Shown piece after piece: positions 61,634 to 64,000 of a stretch of DNA of 64,000 bases; within the stretch, counting starts at the first letter, position 1; each line of letters starts with the position of its first letter. Both the position numbers and the translations under genes were made by a program. Source of the DNA: Nitrosopumilaceae archaeon (GTDB lineage: Archaea > Thermoproteota > Nitrososphaeria > Nitrososphaerales > Nitrosopumilaceae); assembly GCA_965214835.1 (NCBI GenBank), contig CBDCCK010000002.1, forward strand, positions 832,001-896,000. Direction: 5' to 3'. Below the pieces are notes generated by a model. The model did no database searches and was not told the DNA's origin. It saw only the letters and a list, made by a program, of their open reading frames with translations.

Positions 61634-64000
61634 TCAGGAATAATCGGTAAGCAGCAGCTGATCCCCGGCGTTTTTGCCAAAGACCAGATCTATCTCGTCT
61701 GCCAGCGCCCTGATTCTTCCGGCCTGGTACTGGCCCACATCATATTTTTGAACCAGTCTTTTTGCAAGCTTTAGGTATTTTTCGACCGAGGCCCGGGTGA
61801 TGGTCTGGATTAGCTTGTGTCCGCACACGCAGTTTTGGATCAGCGGCGTCCTTCGATAGCTGCGTCCGCATGCCGTGCATCGGAAGCTCTGCCTGGCATA
61901 CGAACGGAGGTTTCCCATGATGTCAGGCACCAGGTGTGTGGAGATTACGTTGGATACGATCTCTGCAGTGTCGACTGCCTCGATCAGATCGGCGTTTTTG
62001 ATCTGCATGTCAAGCTTGTCAAGCATTGATCCAAGGGTGGAGTATGCACTGCGTGATTTTGACGTTGTCAGGCCGGATGTGGGGTGGGTAAAGTGATAGC
62101 CGTAAAACTGCTCGGCCGTCTCCAGCCTGCTTTTGATAATCTCCACGGAATCAACGTTTGATGCCTTTTCTTGCCTGAGCGTATCCTCAAAGAACCGCCT
62201 TGGGAATGATTTTGCCACCTCCAGGTTGTGTGCCTGGGGCTGGGACTCGTGGGGCAGAACAAGCGGTTGTATGAGCAGTGGGGCATCCATCAGGCCCCCG
62301 ATTTTGTCCGACAGGAACTGCCTTGAGAAGTTCAGGAGGCTGTCCATTAGCAGCATGATAGAGTCGGCATCGCCGTCTGCGTCACGCCTTTTTGCCGAGT
62401 GCCAGTTCGGGGTTCCAAAGCACACGTGGGTCTCGGTATATCCGATTATCCTGCCGACGATTCCCACCGAGGTGTGCGGGGCCAGTCCAATGACCAGGTG
62501 TCCAACCAGCTCGTCGGTGTTTTTTACGTTATAGAACGGACTCTTTTCGTAGAGTTTGATCATCTCCGAGTCGATGTACCTGCACGTGTCAACGAGGTAC
62601 TTTCCACACTCGTGTGGTATTATCACGTCCTGCATGCGAATCTCCAGGATCTGCTCTTTATTGGTCAGGGGCTCCCCGTCAGCATCATGCGTGTATCCCA
62701 ACTCCCTGAGTCTTGAGATGGGGGTTCCAATCCACGAGGGCTTGAAGTGGGTCAGGGGCGAGTTTGTAGCGTCATATCTTACCGTGCCGTCCTTGAATAC
62801 CGTAAGTCCGTGACTTTGCCTCATCAGGCCTTTTTCCAGGGGCTCGGCAATCTTGTCCTGGTTGATCATCTCCCTTACCCCCTTGAAGGGCTCCTGGGCG
62901 CGAATGCCGGTTTTTTCCTGGGCCGCCATCAGCTTGTTCTTGAGAGGAAATGCGCGGTACGAGTATGTCTGTGTTTTTCGCTTGCATTTTTTACAATAGT
63001 CCGAATCCACGGTGTTCTTGCATGCAAAACACCTGTAGGAGATGGCAGTCTTTTCTCCGCAATGCTGGCATCGAATTCCAATCGAGGGCACGCCGCAGCT
63101 CTTACACATCCTGTTGGAAATGCTTGTGTAAAAGTCGGGCCCCTGTGACGCCTTGAGCAGATCCCTGGTAATGCCGCCCTTGTCACCAACAGGGAACAGC
63201 GCGTGAATCGGGGGCTTCATCTGCCGCGGTGCCGCCTTTTCAGGCCTGCCTATTCTAACGCCTATGGCAGTCGAGAACTTGTTTCTAATGGCGATGCCGG
63301 AGGTTTTTGAGATGTTCTCAGCTGCCGACAGACTGGAATCGATGTCAAGCCTGTTTCGAAACAGCAGGTTATAGAAAACCTTGGACTCGGTGCCTTCCAA
63401 GACTATTCTGCCGTCTTGGTTTTTGTGGGGAACCCCCAGGTTTTCGAGGATTTTTTTGGCAGACTGTGGGTATAGGGTTTGGTGGTTTTCTACCTTTCCC
63501 CCAAGAAGGACCTTGAGATCCCCGTTGGTTATCTTGTCCCAATAGTAAAGATATTGGGGATGCAGTGGGATTTTGAATTTTAGTGCAAGATCAACTGCCT
63601 CGTCGGGGCCCGGTGGCCTGTCAAGAAACTGCCTGAGCGACTCGTCGCCGGGTGTGTGCTTTGAGAGTTGGGCTTTGAGATCCTCCGTCCAGTATTCCTC
63701 AACATAGGCAGTCGGTACGAGCTGCGCGTTGTTTTCTAAAAAGTCCCCAAACGAGATCAGGACATCGCCCAGGTGGAGGATTCTCTCAATTTCGGGCTTT
63801 AGCGATATGCCGTGATGGACGTCCCTTACCTTGACAACGTCGCCGTTTTTGAGCCTCACGGTGGGAGTATCAATCGAGTCTACAAATGCCACAGTGGCGC
63901 CCTTTCCGGGCATGTCAATTTTGACCTGTGTGCCCACGGTGATGGTATGATCCAGGATTTCGGCGATTACGGGATGGAATCCGATCGAGGCAAATCCGGT
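61634..64000 (-). CDS. polC: DNA polymerase D large subunit DP2 (5' part lies outside the window)
   Basis: RIGRPEKA, FKDGT.RYD, GLAPHTS, AKRRDADGDAD and GNLR.Y.RQ.FRC motifs. Confidence 0.96.
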   Translation of the reverse strand, partial: TGFASIGFHPVIAEILDHTITVGTQVKIDMPGKGATVAFVDSIDTPTVRLKNGDVVKVRDVHHGISLKPEIERILHLGDVLISFGDFLENNAQLVPTAYVEEYWTEDLKAQLSKHTPGDESLRQFLDRPPGPDEAVDLALKFKIPLHPQYLYYWDKITNGDLKVLLGGKVENHQTLYPQSAKKILENLGVPHKNQDGRIVLEGTESKVFYNLLFRNRLDIDSSLSAAENISKTSGIAIRNKFSTAIGVRIGRPEKAAPRQMKPPIHALFPVGDKGGITRDLLKASQGPDFYTSISNRMCKSCGVPSIGIRCQHCGEKTAISYRCFACKNTVDSDYCKKCKRKTQTYSYRAFPLKNKLMAAQEKTGIRAQEPFKGVREMINQDKIAEPLEKGLMRQSHGLTVFKDGTVRYDATNSPLTHFKPSWIGTPISRLRELGYTHDADGEPLTNKEQILEIRMQDVIIPHECGKYLVDTCRYIDSEMIKLYEKSPFYNVKNTDELVGHLVIGLAPHTSVGIVGRIIGYTETHVCFGTPNWHSAKRRDADGDADSIMLLMDSLLNFSRQFLSDKIGGLMDAPLLIQPLVLPHESQPQAHNLEVAKSFPRRFFEDTLRQEKASNVDSVEIIKSRLETAEQFYGYHFTHPTSGLTTSKSRSAYSTLGSMLDKLDMQIKNADLIEAVDTAEIVSNVISTHLVPDIMGNLRSYARQSFRCTACGRSYRRTPLIQNCVCGHKLIQTITRASVEKYLKLAKRLVQKYDVGQYQAGRIRALADEIDLVFGKNAGDQLLLTDYS

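Noticed and set aside
61634-64000. Intein in DP2
   Set aside because: No intein motifs or excess length in the visible part

Overview
Archaeal DNA, most consistent with a high-GC Nitrosopumilaceae (Thaumarchaeota). The evidence is TFB, PolD DP2, Gins51, thermosome, CdvB/ESCRT-III, thaumarchaeal-type cupredoxin and secreted proteins, and the thpR-cca-kinase cluster. An intact core backbone (thrB, queC/folE/queE, cysQ/cysC, prs, rnz, glnA, glyA, tRNA-Pro) is interrupted by low-GC, decaying accessory islands at about 4.6-7.0, 13.6-24.0, 25.5-27.1, 28.5-29.3 and 51.4-54.4 kb. These hold defence-gene remnants (DUF2075 helicase-nucleases, type ISP RM, EcoRII-like, HicAB, HD dNTPase + YwgA-like) and at least six MITE families, several with readable target-site duplications. 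Top leads: (1) a 2.3-kb transposase-less element with 29-bp TIRs and an 8-bp TSD that split a DUF2075 gene and carries a three-gene operon: a COMM-domain-like protein plus two small membrane proteins; (2) a KamA-like radical SAM enzyme with a basic substrate-site residue, co-oriented with a second divergent glutamine synthetase and facing mscS + a glutamate symporter, a candidate beta-glutamate/beta-glutamine osmolyte module; (3) a 37-35-37 bp repeat-spacer-repeat unit whose spacer partly matches the neighbouring RM gene; (4) two structured intergenic RNA candidates. All family assignments come from motif recognition by eye; no searches were run.
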